Part shown: positions 12,351 through 24,986 of the stretch, one piece after another | Layout: each line of letters starts with the position of its first letter | Position numbering within the stretch: the stretch's first letter is position 1 | Assembly (NCBI GenBank): GCA_014905635.1 | Contig: JABVCE010000033.1 | Coordinates: 186,001-250,000, forward strand | Direction: 5' to 3' | Length of the DNA stretch: 64,000 nucleotides | Source of the DNA: Scenedesmus sp. PABB004 | Taxonomy: Eukaryota | Translations under genes and position numbers: made by a program | The notes under the pieces: model-generated | The model's input: the letters and a program-made list of their open reading frames with translations, nothing else | What the model was told of the DNA's origin: nothing | Databases searched by the model: none

Positions 12351-13977
12351 ATGCAGGCCGCCAGCAGAGCCCAGGCGCAGGGGCGCCGGCCCCTGGCAGC
12401 GGAGCCGTGGTGAGCGGTCGCCGCGTGCGGCGCGCGCGACGGCCGCCGCTGCCGCGCCGGGCCTGCGCGAGCGCTCGCCGCGCCGCCGATTGCTCACCGC
12501 GCCGCCGACTGCTCACCGCGCCGCCGATTGTTCACCGCCGCGCCGCCCGCGCCGCGCGCAGGCCGCGGCCGCGGCGCGCCGCCGCGCGCGGCCCGCCGCC
12601 GCAGCGCGCGGCGGGGCTGCGCAGCGCGGGGCCGCCAGCGCCGCCGCCCGACTACGCCCCGATCGACGCGTCGCCGCTGAGCGTGGTGGTCATGGCCCTA
12701 TTCCGCCGCAAGATGGTCGCCGCGATCGGCGCCGACTCGAGCGCCCCGGGGTGGGCGCGCGCGAGCGCGCTGGGCCGCGAGGCCGCACCGCGCGCCGCGC
12801 GCCCACGCGGCGCGCGGCACACACCACGCGCGCCGCCGCCGCCGCCGCCGCCGCCGCGTCCGGCGCCCTAAACCCCCGCGCCCTGAAACCCCGCGCAGCT
12901 ACGCGGGCATCATCGACCTCACGCGCCGCCTCAACGCCAAGTTTGGCGACGCGCGCGACGTGCAGCTCGCGACGCGGCGCATCCTGAACTCCCTCTTCCC
13001 CAGCTGGCTGCCCGGCGCGTTCAAGGCGCGCGCGGCGCGCCGCCGCCGCCCGCGGCGCGCCCGACCCCGCACCGCCGCCGCCCCCGGGGCGGCGCGGGCG
13101 CCCGACCCCGCGCCGCGCGCCGCGCCGCGCCGCAGGTCATGTTCAGCCGCCCGCTGCCGGCGTTCTCGTGCCGCCTCAACGCGCTCGCGACCGCGGTGGC
13201 CTGCGAGTGGCTCATGGGGCGCTGCAAGGTCAACGACGTGGAGCTGGACGACGGCAGCGTGAGCGCCCCGCGCCGCCCGCGCCCCGCGCGCCGGGCCCTG
13301 CCGCGCCTGCGTGGGCCGCGCCGCCGCGGGGGGCGAGCCGCCGCCGCCGCCGCGGCCGCTGCGCTGCCCAGGTGGGGACGGGCATGGGCGTGCTGGTCGA
13401 GCGCTGCCGGTACCTGGAGGAGTCCGGCTGCGCGTCGGTCTGCATCAACAGCTGCAAGGTGCCCACGCAGGTGACGCGCGGCGCGCGCGCGGCGGCGCCG
13501 GCACGGCGCGCGGCGCGCGCTCCCGTGCGCCTGCGCCCGTTTCACGGCGTTGTGGGGTGGGTGGGGGCGTGCCCGCAGGAGTTTTTTGCGGTTGACATGG
13601 GCCTGCCGCTGACGATGACGCCCAACTATGATGACTTCAGCTGCCAGTGAGCGCGCGCAGCGCCGGCGGGCTGCCGCCGGACGCCCACACGGGCTGGGCC
13701 CCGAGGGCAGCGCCGCGGCCGGGCCCGGCGCGTGCGCCGGCCGCCGGACGCCACGCGCGCGGCCCGCCGCCGCCGCCGCGCGCGCCCGCCCCGCAGGTTT
13801 GCGTTTGGCAAGACGCCGCGGCCGCAGCACCTGGACGAGGCGTTTGCAACGCCCTGCTTCCAGCAGTGCCCGAGCCGAGCGCCGCGGTACGCGGACGTCG
13901 CGGCGACCAGCGGCGGCGGCAGCAGCGGCGCGGCGCCGCCGAACAACTGTCCGAACATCCTCCGATCTCAGGGCTGA
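12351..13977 (+). CDS. D27: Beta-carotene isomerase D27-like (DUF4033), plastid-targeted
   Basis: LFRRKMV, ILNSLFPSWLPGAFK|VMFSRP, CEWLMGRCKVN, VLVERCRYLEESGCASVCINSCKVPTQ|EFFAVDMGLPLTMTPNYDDFSCQFAFG, PCFQQCP. Confidence 0.92.
12479..12538. repeat. About 20-bp tandem repeat x3 in D27 intron 1
   Basis: cgcgccgccgattgctcac / cgcgccgccgactgctcac / cgcgccgccgattgttcac. Confidence 0.8.
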
Positions 13978-14515
13978 CGTGCCAGGGCCGCCTGAGAGAG
14001 TAACAGCTTACCAGCGGCCCGCCCCGCCCGCAAGCCGCCCGCCGGCTGGGGCCGCCGCCCGGGGGCTCAGCGGCCCCTGCCGACCAGTGCATCGCCGGCA
14101 GGGCGCGTGCTCGCGCGGCACTGCCAACACAAGAGTGCATGCGCCCGCCGCCCCCACGCTCTCGCTCTCGCGCCCCCCGAGCTCGGCCACGCAGCGAGCT
14201 CGCTGCGGCCGCATGACGCGCCTGTGTGGGTGCCGTTGTTATGTGCCCACACGGCCACTCGCAGGCAAACGCGGTGCCCCAGCGGCCTCGGCTTCGCGAC
14301 AGCCGCGCATGGCGGCGCGCGCGGCCGAGCGCCCGCTGGAGCGCCGCCGCCGCGGGGCACGGCACCGGCGCGCCATGCAGCACCGCCCGGCGCAATCGGC
14401 GTCCACTGGGAGCGCAATCAAAGGCATGGCGTCGTGACGTTTGTCGGGTTGTTCGCGACGTTTTTCGGGTTGTGCTGTACAAAAGCCCCCGCCCCTGCAC
14501 GCGCCGGGCACCGGC

Positions 14516-15235
14516 TCAGTCCGTCTTGTTCGCCGCCGCCGCCGCCGCCGGCGCGGCGTCGACCTCGTAGCCGCAGCCGTGCAGCGTCTCGCGCTCGTCC
14601 GCCTGGGGCGCAAAGCAGCAGGGGAACATGAAGCGCAGGCCCTCGCCCTTGTTGGCCGCCTTGTCCTTCTGCGGCGGCGGCGCGCGGCAGCCGCGGGCGG
14701 CGGCGGGGACGGGTCAGCGTGAGCGCGCGCCCCAGCTGCTCGCGCCGCCCGGGCGGGGGCTGGCGCGGCAGGGCAGGTTGGTGCTCCCGCGACGCTCCCC
14801 AGCTGCTGGGCGCGCCGGGGGGCGGGCCGCGCGCGCTGCCGTTCGCGGCGTCACCCGGGCGGCGCGCCGCCGCACCTTTCTGTGGTGCTCCAGCGGGTCG
14901 TACTCGGGCGCCTGTGGGGTGCGGAGCTTATGCTCAGTCGCCCGCGCCATCGGGGGCCCCCCGTGCGCGAGTCTGGGCGGCGCGCCAACGCTCCGCGCGC
15001 TGCGCATGGGCACTGCGCGGGCGCCTGCCGTCGCGCCCGCCGACCGGCGCGGCCGACGCACCTCGACGTAGAGGTTGTTCCCGGTCGGGCTCTTGACCAG
15101 CTTGTAGGACTTGGTGGACGGCAGGCTGCTGCTCGCCTCCACGTCCACCGGCGCGCGCGTGTCGGCCTTGCCGGGAGCCTCCACGGGAGCCTGAGCCGCC
15201 GCCGCGAACGCGGAGTCGCCGGCCGGCGCAGCCAT
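14516..15235 (-). CDS. Small (~120 aa) hypothetical protein, 3 exons
   Basis: Exons 15235-15062, 14911-14876 and 14668-14516 join in frame through GT-AG sites: ...SYKLVKSPTGNNLYVE|APEYDPLEHHRK|KDKAANKGEGLRFMFPCCFAPQADERE...NKTD*. Confidence 0.7.
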
Positions 15236-15561
15236 TATGCGCAGCTGCTGGAGGGCAACGGCTGGTGCGGCGCCTGTGTCGCCGTGAGCGCCTGTCGAGG
15301 TCAGCCCGAGTCAATTGAACGACAAAGGCGCACAACGGGATGCGGCGCCAGCGCGCGCGGCCCAGCGGCAGGGCAGGGCGCAGCGGGAGCAGCAGCTGCG
15401 CGGGCGCTGATGACCATCCCCTGCTCCGCGCCTCCCTCCCAGAAAGAGCGGCTTCGCGCAAACTCGACACCGCACCCGCTGCGGCGCCGCGGCGATGTGA
15501 GGCGGTGGCGCCGGCGGCGGCGCTGCTGCCGGCGCGCGCGCGCCCGCGCGCGGCCGCGTCC

Positions 15562-16465
15562 ATGGCCGAGCAGCCTCAGCCGACGCTGCTGCTGTTCAAG
15601 GGCCACCCCGGCGTGGGAAAGTCGACGCTGGCCAGGTGCGCGGCGCACCCGGGGCCGCGCCCGGGGCGCCCGGAACGGCGCTGCACTTGCCGCGCCGCTG
15701 CCTGTGCGCGCGCCGCGCAGGGCGGTCTGCGCCGCGCTGCGCTGGCCGCTGGTCGACAAGGACGACGCAGGCGACGTCCTGCACGCGGCCGCGGCCGCAG
15801 CCGGCGGCGGCGGCGGCGCGGCGGGCGGCTTTGACGCCAACGGCGCGGCGTATGCGATCATGTTTGCGGTCGCGCGGTCGCAGCTGGCCCTGGGCCTGAG
15901 CGTCGCGCTGGACTGCCCCTTTGCGCGGGTGCAGCTCTACGACGAGGCCGCAGCGCTCGCGCGCGAGGTGGGCGCGGCGCCGCCGCGACGGCGCGCGGCG
16001 CACGCCCCGGCGCACCCGCCGCGCCGCCTGCCGCGCGGTCGGCGCAGTTTGGCGCGCGGCTGGTGCTCGTCGACTGCATCGCGCGCGACGGCGCGGCGTG
16101 GCGCGCGCGGCTCGAGGCCCGCGCCGCGGCGGACGCCGGCGGAGCCGCCGCGCACAAGCCGCAGAGCTGGGCCGCGCTGCAGCAGCTGCTGGAGCGGTGC
16201 GTGGCCGCGGCGAGGGGGGGGGGCTCACGGGGGAGGGGCCTGCTGCTGCGCGGGCCGACCGGGCGGCCACCGCGCGCGCCGCGCCGCGGCCAGGTACGCC
16301 GGCTGCTGGCGCTGGAGCAGCGACGGAAGCCGGAGCCTGTCGCACCGCCTGGAGCTGGACACCACCGCGCCGGCCAGCGGCGGCGGCGGCGCGGCGCGGG
16401 CGGTGCTGGCCTTCCTGCGCGCGGCCGGCGTGCTGTGCCCCGGCGCGCTCGAGGCCGCGGTTTAA
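15562..16465 (+). CDS. P-loop nucleoside/nucleotide kinase-like protein (AAA_33 family)
   Basis: LLLFKGHPGVGKSTLA (Walker A), WPLVDKDD, QLALGLSVALDCP, WRARLEAR..HKP.SW. Three GT-AG introns. Confidence 0.88.
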
Positions 16466-16931
16466 CTCGCGGCGGCGGCGCTCTCTCGTTGCCCGCGTGC
16501 GCCTCAGCACAGCAAACTTGCGGCCAGCCGGGGCGCACAGCGGCGGCCGCGCGCGTGGCCGGGGCGCGACCGGCGCACGCGCAGCAGCAGCAGCGCGGTG
16601 CGCCGCCAGCCCCGCCGCCGCGTGGGGCTCAGCCGCCTGACGCTGCGACAGAGCGCTTTGGTGGCAGGCCGCCGGAGCCTGCGGAGCGCGCAGCAGGCGC
16701 CACACCACGCGGAGCAGCCCGCCAATCGTCGCGATGGGCGCCCCGCGGGCCGCACGCGGCCGCCGTGGCGTGCAGAGGCCCCGGTAGCGGCCCTGGTACG
16801 CCCGTGGGCGCGCAGGGCCGGCGAGAGCGCGCCGTGGCGCCCCGGCGGGGCGGCGCGGCGGCGGCGCAGCAGCGGCGCGCCAGCAACCCGCCGCGTGCCG
16901 CGCCGCGCCGCAGGCGCTCGGTGTGCGCGCC

Positions 16932-17490
16932 ATGATGCGCTTGGAACTTCCCGTCACCGCTGGCCTGGAGGGCGGCCTGCCGACGCCCCAGCTGCTGATG
17001 CTGCTGCCGCACCACCCCGACGACGAGGGCACCGACGCGGTGCAGTCCACGCTCGATCGGCTGCTGGTGCGCGCGTGCGGCGCGGGCCGCCATCGGCGCG
17101 CGCGGAGCGGCGGCACGAGCGTGGCAGCTCGGCGGCAGCCAACGCCCGCGCCCCGCCCGCAGGCCTGCGGCGACGACGCGCCGCCGCGCGGCGCCGACGC
17201 GCCGCCGCGGTGCGGCCGGCCGTGCGGCGGCGGCGGCGGCGGCGGCGGCGATGATGTGCTGTCGGATGGTGACCTGGCGCTGCTGCCCGACGTGCTGCAC
17301 GACGGCGGGCTGGAGCTGGGCCTGGAGCTGGAGCTGGGGCTGGGCCTGGACGGGGGGCTGGGCCTCGGTGAGCTCAGCGACAGCGTGCTGGCGCCGCACG
17401 ACGCGCCGCTCGGCCCGGAGCTCCTGGCGCACCTGGTCGCGGAGCTGGCGCCGGGCGGCTTCACGAGCCTGCTGGGCGCGGAGCCCACGC

Positions 17491-17524
<34 letters not shown>

Positions 17525-17891
17525 GCCGCTGGAGGCGACGGAGCTGCAGCAGCGCGAGCTGCTCCGCCAGCGCCTGGGGCAGCAGCAGCGCGCGCGCGCG
17601 GCGCAGCAGGGTCTCGCCCAGCAGCTGGCCGCGGCGGGGCTGCCGCGCCTGCACGACCCGCTGCGGCCGCGCGTGGTGCTCGACCTGCGCCGCGGCACGT
17701 CCACGAGCGCGGCGGCCGCGGCCGCCGCGCCCCCGCGGCGCGGCCGCGGCCGGCGCCACGGCGACGGGGCGCAGGGCGTCTTTGAGCGGCTGGAGGAGGC
17801 GGTGGCCGCGATCGGCCGGAAGGTGGGGCAGCAGCGCGCGCTGGCCACGCGGCTCAACCTCACATACCAGCTGCGCCGCTTCAACGACGGG

Positions 17892-17929
<38 letters not shown>

Positions 17930-20900
17930 GGGGGCGCCGGCCGCGGCCGCGGCAGCAGAGCAGGGGCCGGCAGCAGGAGCGGGAGCGGAGCAGGGGCCGA
18001 CGCAAGCAGCAGCAGCGGAGCAGCCGACAGCAGCAGCAGCAGCAGCAGCAGCGGAGCAGCCGACAGCAGCAGCAGTGCAGGAGCCGGCGCACGACTCGGC
18101 GCCACCAGCAGCAGCACCAGCGGCAACAGCAGGCACCTCTTTGGCAGCAGAGACGCTGGGCGGCGCGGCCACTGGCGCCTGCGCCGGCCCCTCGGCGGCG
18201 GGCGACGCGCCGCCGGCGGATCTGGCCGCCTACAGGCCCTGGCTGGCGGCGCAGGTGAGGGCGGCGAGCCTGTCGCTGGGAGACGTGCTCGCCCTCGAGT
18301 CCGCCCGCCGCGCCGAGGCCGGCGGCGCGCGCGGGTCCAAGCTCGAGCTGGAGGGCCGGCTGCAGTGCGGCGCCGCGCCCGCTCCGCTCGCGGCGTCGGC
18401 GCGGGACGTGCGTGCCGGCCGGCAGCAGGACGCGACGGCGGTCGCGGCGTGGCGGCGCGACGAGGCCGCCGCGCGGGGCGACGCCGTCGCGGCCGCGCTG
18501 GAGGCGAAGCGCGAGGCGGAGCGCTATGCGCGGCTCATCCTCGCGGCGGGCAGCAGGGAGGCGGCCGACCTGCTGGCGGTGCAGGCGCTGCGGGCGAGCG
18601 CCTTCCGGCACGCACAGCGCCTGCACCCGCACAAGCGCGCGCAGATCAGCGACGCGGCGGTGGCGCGCGCGCGCGAGGCGCTCGCGCGGCAGCGCGCCGC
18701 CGAGGCGCGCCGCGAGCTCGCGGAGCAGCAGGCACGCGCGCAGGCGTGCTCGGGCGCGGAGCAGGAGCAGCAGAGCGCGGAGCTGGCCGCCGCCCTGCAC
18801 GGCCTCGGCGAGCAGCTGGCCACGGACTCGCCGGCGGCTGCGGCGTCGACGTCGCTGCCGCCGCCGCCGCGCAGCGACCTGCAGCAGCTGGCCGCCATGC
18901 TGGCGGGGCTGCGGGAGTCTGAGGACGGCACCCTGGTCCAGGAGCACGGCTCCGCGGCGACCGCAGAGCAGCTGCAGCACCTGGACAGGCTTTCGCGGCG
19001 GCTCCAGCGCGACGTCGCGCGCCAGCTGCAGCGGCGGGCGCGCGGCGCGCAGGCGGCGCCGCCGGCTGCCTCACCGCGGCGGCCGCTGCTGCTCATGACG
19101 CAGCTGGCGCCCCAGCTCATCAGCGAGCTGATGCAGCGGGCCGCGATTGCGGTCGGCGCCAAGGCCGGGGGCGCCAAGGCTGGTGGCGCCGGCGGCGCAG
19201 CGCAGCAGGCCAGGGGCGGCGGCGGGTCCAGCGGGGCAGCGCGCGGCGGCGACGGCGGTGGCGGCGGCGGCGGCGCCGGTGGCGGCGGCGGCGGCGATGA
19301 CAGCGGCGGCTGGCCACCGCGGCAGGTGCCTGCTGCGGGGCACTACGCCGACGCGGCAGTGCTGCTTGACGAGGCATTTCGCCCGTCCGCCGGCGCGGCG
19401 GGCGGGCAGGCGCAGGCTGGCGCTGGCCGCGCTGCGCCGGCGCTGCACGGGGCGCACGCGCCCTGCGCGGGCGGCTGCTTCAGCGGCGCGCCGCTGGCGT
19501 GGCCGCTGGCGCTCGTGCCCGTCTGGCCTGCGGGTGCCGCGGAGGCGCAGCAGGCCCTGCAGGGCCTGCCGCTTGACGGCACGGCGCTGGCGGGCGTGCT
19601 GGGTCGGGTCGGCGCCGGCAGCAACGCGAGCGCCGGCCTCGGCGGCAGCTCCGGCGAGCTGCCGCCGCTCCTGACGCCGAGCTTTGGCGGGCTGGCAGAT
19701 TTTCTGGTCGACGACGACGGCGGCGCAGCGCCGATGCAGCTGGACGGCGGCGACTGCGGCGACGGCAGCGCGCCGATGCAGGTTGACAGCCACAGCGCCA
19801 GCCCCTGCCTGCCGCACGAGCGGCTCGGCACGCCCGGCGGCGGCCCGGGGCGGCGCGGGACGCCGTGGGCGTCGCTGCCGCAGGCGACGGCGGGTGCGCG
19901 CGAGCGGGAGCTTGAGCGCACGGCCAGCCTCGGCCTGCTGGGCCAGCTCGGCGTGTCGTTTGACGCGCTGGGCACCATCCGGCGCCTGCCCGGCAGCAAG
20001 AGCGCCAGCGGCAGCCCACCGGCGCCGGGGGACGAGAGCATGCCCCAGGCGAGCGCGGGCGCGGCGGCGCCGCTCGCCAGCCAGCACTCGCTGCGCAGCT
20101 GGGGCTCGGGCGCGGGCGGCGCCCGCGAGCGCAGCACGTCGCCGGGCTCGGACGCGGCCGTCGAGGGGCGCGCCGCCGCGGCGGAGGCCGCGCCGGCGGC
20201 CCCCTCGGAGGCCGCGCCCGCGCCGCCGCAGCCGGCGCCCGGGGACGGCGCCGGCGCCGGCGCCGGCCAGGCGGTGCCCGCCGCGCCGGAGCTGCTGCCG
20301 CGCTGGTCGATGCTGGCGCAGGCGGCGTCCCAGGTCGCGTACTACGCCGGGGCGGCCGCGCAGCAGGGGCGGCCCGACGGCAGCAGCGTGCCGCGCGCTG
20401 CGCTTGACGCGGCGGCGGCGGCGGCGGCCGAGGCGCGCGCGGCCGAGGCCGCGCGGCGCGCCGCCGTCGTCGAGGCGGCGGGAGCGGCGGCGCAGGGTGC
20501 GGACAAGCCGGCCGTGGACCTGCGCATTCTGCTGCCTGGCGGCACGGCGACCGTCGCGGCCAAGCGCGCCCGCGCGCCAGAGGCCGCGGCGGCCGCCGCC
20601 GCAGCTGGCGCCGCCCGACCCAAGCGCGCGCGGCGGCAGCCGGCGACGCTGCGGGACCACCTGGTGGGGCACGAGACGAACGAGGCGGTCGGCGCGGACG
20701 AGGCGGCGGAGCGCGCCAGCCGCGATGGCGCCGCTGCAGCTGGGGCCGCCGGCGCCGGCGCCGCCGGCGGCGACGAGAGCCCAGCCGGCAGCGACGCCGC
20801 CACGTCTGGTGCGTGCTGTGCGCGCGCGGCGCTGCGAGTGCGGCAGGCTGCCGCGCCGCCGCCGCCGCGCACGGGCCCGACGCTCCGCCGGCGCCTCCCG

Positions 20901-22037
20901 CGGGTGCGCCCCGCCGCCGCAGACCCATACGCCAGCGGCGACGAGCCGGGCTCCGACGAGGGCAGCGTGGACGGCGGTGCGGAGGCGCTGCTCCTGAAGA
21001 CGCGCTTCGTGCGCAAGAGGCGCGCGCCCGGCGACCGCGCCGGCAGCGGCGCCCAGGGAGAGAGGGAGCGCGTCGTCATAACGCTTGAGCGGCTGCGCCA
21101 GGCGCGTGCGCGGCGCGCTGCTTGCCGCCGCCGCCGTCGCGCCCGCCGCCCCTGGCGCCGCCGCGCGGACGCCGCGCACGGCGGCCACACCTGCTCACGC
21201 CCCAGCACGCCCGCCCGCCCGCTGTCGCTCTGTGCTCGTGCCCGCGTGATGCAGCTCTTTGACATGCCCATCTCCAAGGCCGCCCGCCTGCTCAACGTCG
21301 GCACGACGGCGCTCAAGCGGCGCTGCAGGGACTTTGCGCTCGAGCGCTGGCCGTACCGCAAGCGCCGGAGCCTCACCGTGCTGATTGCCAAGGTGGAGGC
21401 GTACGCCGCCGACAACCCGAGCCAGGCCGAGCAGGCGGCGCTCGTGCTCGAGCAGCTGCGGTGCGCGGCGGGCGCGGGGGCGTGCGCGAGCGTGCCGGCA
21501 GCAGCGCCGGCACGCTGCGACGGCGCCGAGGGGCCGCCGCCGATGCTGCTGCTCCCGCTGCTGCCGCTGCAGCACCTGGCTGGACGAGGTGACCAGCAAC
21601 CCCTCCAAGGCGCTGGACAGCCGCATCAACCGCCTGCGCAAGGTGCGCGCGAGCGCGCTTGGGCCCGTGCGCTCGAGCCCGTGGCCTGCCACGCCACGGT
21701 GAGCACAGCGTCACCCCCCGGCGCTCCCGTCGCTGCCCTGCCGCCGCCCCTGCCGCCGCCCTGCTGCTGGCAGGCGATCTTCAAGCAGGAGTATAAGGCC
21801 CGCGCCCGCCTCGCGGGCGCTGGGGGCGCCGGGGACGGCGCGCGCGGGCGCGGCGGCGGGCGCGGCGGCGGGGGGCGCGGGCGCGGGCCCGGGCGTGGGC
21901 GCGGCGGCCGCGGCGGCGCGGCCGCGGCGCCCCGCAGCGACAACGAGGAGGAGGAGGAGGAGCAGGACGCACTGGAGGCGGGGCTGGCGTGCCTGGGCGA
22001 CGAGGACGTGCGCTGCCTCTTCACGCACATCCTTTGA
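16932..22037 (+). CDS. Large RWP-RK domain transcription factor
   Basis: After splicing 21102-21254: VITLERLRQ|LFDMPISKAARLLNVGTTALKRRCRDFALERWPYRKRRSL. The long low-complexity N-terminal part has an uncertain start and exon structure. Confidence 0.82.
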
Positions 22038-22727
22038 GCCCGCCTGGGCGCCAGGGCGGGCCGCATGGCCGGGCCCTCGCGCGCTCGCGCGGCGCACTGT
22101 GCTGGTGGTCCGGTCGTTTGAGCGCGGGCACGCGTGTCGGCGGAGTGGATTGTGTGGCGGTGGCGGTCGTGGTTGGCGTCGTGGTCAGCGTCGAGTGACT
22201 GCGGGCCGTGGCCCCCCTGCTGAACTTGGTCGTTGTTGCACCAAAACTTCGCTCTCTCCCTGCAAACACTGGCGGCTTCCCCCATGCAAGCTGTGCACGT
22301 CCCGCACTGCACGTCGGCGTGGCGCTTCGCGTGCGCGAGGCCTGGCTGTCAGCGCGGCGCCGCGTCCGTGCGCCGCGTCCGTGCTCCCCCGGGGAGACCC
22401 TGCTCCTTGTCGCAGCATCGCACATTGCACTGACAGACTCACCGGCACACTGGCAAACTCACATCACAACGCATGGTGCCGGCGAAGAAGGGTTCAGGGC
22501 GGTTGCAACGCGCAACGGCGCGCAGGGTCCGGCGACGGCGCGCAGCCGCCCCAGGTCAGTCTCGAGCTCCTAGACGTCACCGCAGCGCCGCCACCCACTG
22601 ACGCCCGCAGGAGGCCAGCCGGAGGGCGCACTGCTGCCCGCCGCAGCGCCGGCGGCGGCGCGGCGCACCGAGCTGCCGCAGCTGTCGTCTCTGGCGGCTG
22701 GACTGCGCCCGCGCTTCGCGCAGATAG

Positions 22728-24122
22728 ATGCAGGCGCCGTGGGGGCGCGCGGCGCTGCAGTCTCGCTGCCCGTCCGCCGGCCGCCGCCCCGCGGCGAGCC
22801 ATCCGCCCGCGCCCTCCTCGTCATTGGCAAGAGGCAGCACCAGTGCAGCGTCCCGGGGCGCAGCGGCGGTCGGCAGCGGCGAGGCGGCGCCGGGCAGCGG
22901 CGCGCCGACTGCTGCTGCTGACGGCGGCGTGCCGCGCGGGCCCAAGCCCAAGCCGGGCGGCGGCGCTCCCTGGGCGCAGAAGAAGCAGAAGGGAAAGATG
23001 CACGGTCAGCGGCAGCACCAGCGCCCAGCCCGCGAGCAGCCGCCGGGGCAGCGGCCGCCGCAGCAGCATCAGCATCAGCAGCAGCAGCAGCAGCAGCAGC
23101 GAGGCGCGGCAGACCCGGCGGCGGTGGCGGCCGCCGCGGCCCAGGCCGTGGAGGCGGCGCGGCGGCTGCTGGAGGCGGCTGGCAGCGGCGGCGACGCCCA
23201 CGGCGGCGTCAGCAGCAGCACATCTCTGCTGATGCCCAAGCCAGCCCGGCCGCAGCCAGCGCCCCCCGGCCGCGGTCGCGGCGGCGGCCGCAGCGGCGGC
23301 GGCGGCCGCGGCGGCCGCGGCAGCAGCAGCAGCAGCTCGACGGCCGCCGGGCCCGGCAGGGGCACCGGCAGCAGCCACCGGGGCGGCCGCGGCGGCGGGG
23401 AGCGCCGCAGCGGCGGCTCGGGCGGCCAGGGCCTGGCCGGCATCTCGTTCCGCCTGCCGGCGGCGGCGTACGAGGAGTACCGCGCTGCAGGTCCAGCCGC
23501 GCGGCGCGGGGCGTGGGGTGCTGGGCGCAGTGCTGCGCGCGCCCGCCGCCGCCGGCGTGCCGCCGGCAGCGTGCCGCCGACGCGCGCCGCCGCCGCTGCC
23601 CCCGGGGCGCAGGCGTGGTGGTGTTTGACTTTGACCAGCCGGGACCTGCCGCCGCCGACGGGCCCGCCGCTGCCACTGCTGACGGCGGCGTCCGCGTGCT
23701 GCTGACGCGCGAGAAGGCTGAGCGCTGGTCCTTCTTTGCCGGTGCGGCTGCCGCGGCCATCGCCTGCCGGCAGTCGCCGCGCCGCACGCACGGCGGTGCG
23801 CACCACCTGCCGCGCCGCGCCGCGCAGGCAAGGTGGACGCGGCCACCGACGGCGCGCGCAGCCCCGCGGCGACCGCGGCGCGCGAGCTGGAGGAGGAGAG
23901 CCACGGCCTGCTGCCCGCGGCCGTGACGCGGCCGCTGCTGCCGGCGTGCCCGCAGCTCTGGTGGGCGAGCGGCAAGATGGTGCTCTATTTCCTGCGCTAC
24001 CAGGGCGGCGAGGCGCTGCCTGACATGCAGGCCGCGCGGCTCGCGGGTGCGCGGGGCCCCGGGGGCGCGCGCCGCCGCCGGCGGGCCCGCGCGCCGCTGA
24101 CGCCGCCGCTGACGGCGCTGAC

Positions 24123-24153
<31 letters not shown>

Positions 24154-24909
24154 CCTCGCGCAGCCGGGCTGGGGCGCACCGAGGCGGCCGCGCTGGACCG
24201 GATGGCCTGGGTGCCGCTGTCGGAGCTCGCGCGCGCGGTGTCCGGCAAGTGGAGCCGCCACGCCGTGCGGAGGCAGGCCGCGCCAGAGGCGCCCCCCGCG
24301 GGCGGCGACGTCGAGGGGCAGCTGGTGGCGGAGCTGGACGCGCTGGCGCTGGAGGGCGCGGCGGCCGAGCGCGGCGCGGGCGAGGAGCGGCCGCAGCAGG
24401 AGCAGCCGCAGCAGGAGCAGCCGCAGCAGGAGCAGCCGCAGCAGGAGCAGCAGCGCGAGCCGTCGCGAGCGGGGCAGCAGGCGGTGGCGGAGCAGCAGGC
24501 GCAGCAGGACCCGCCCCGCCGCGGCGAGCGCCTCCTGCTGCGCATGCCACTGGCAATGACGGGCCACATCATCAGCCGCTGGCTGCGCGCACTGGCGGCC
24601 GGCGCAGCGCCAGCGCCGGGGCTGCGCATGCGCCCGCCGCGCGGCGAGCAGGGCGCGGCGGCCGAGCGCGGCGCGGGCGAGGCGCCCGCCGGCGACGGCG
24701 CCGCGCTGTGGCTGCTGGGCGTGCCCATGGTGGAGGTGCTGCACGCGCCCGCGCTGGCTGCAGACGCAGCTGTGGCCGCGGCGCAGCAGCCGCCTGCGCC
24801 GCCGCGACCAGCTGCTGGGGCGGGCGCGCGCGTCGCTCCCGAGGCGCCGGCGCCCGAGGCGGCGGCGGTGGCGCCGCCCGAGGCAGCGCCGCCCTGCCTG
24901 ACGCGCTGA
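22728..24909 (+). CDS. Nudix hydrolase family protein with Q/G/R-rich disordered N-terminus
   Basis: Spliced core YRAA|GVVVF...VLLTREKAERWSFFA|GKVDAATDGARSPAATAARELEEESHGL (Nudix-box-like), then KMVLYFL and MAWVPLSEL. Confidence 0.75.
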
Positions 24910-24986
24910 ACGCGGGCGGGGTGGGCGGGGCGGCAACAGAGCTGGCCCATGGGCTTTTGCAACTGCCTCGCCACGCGTTGGCGCGC

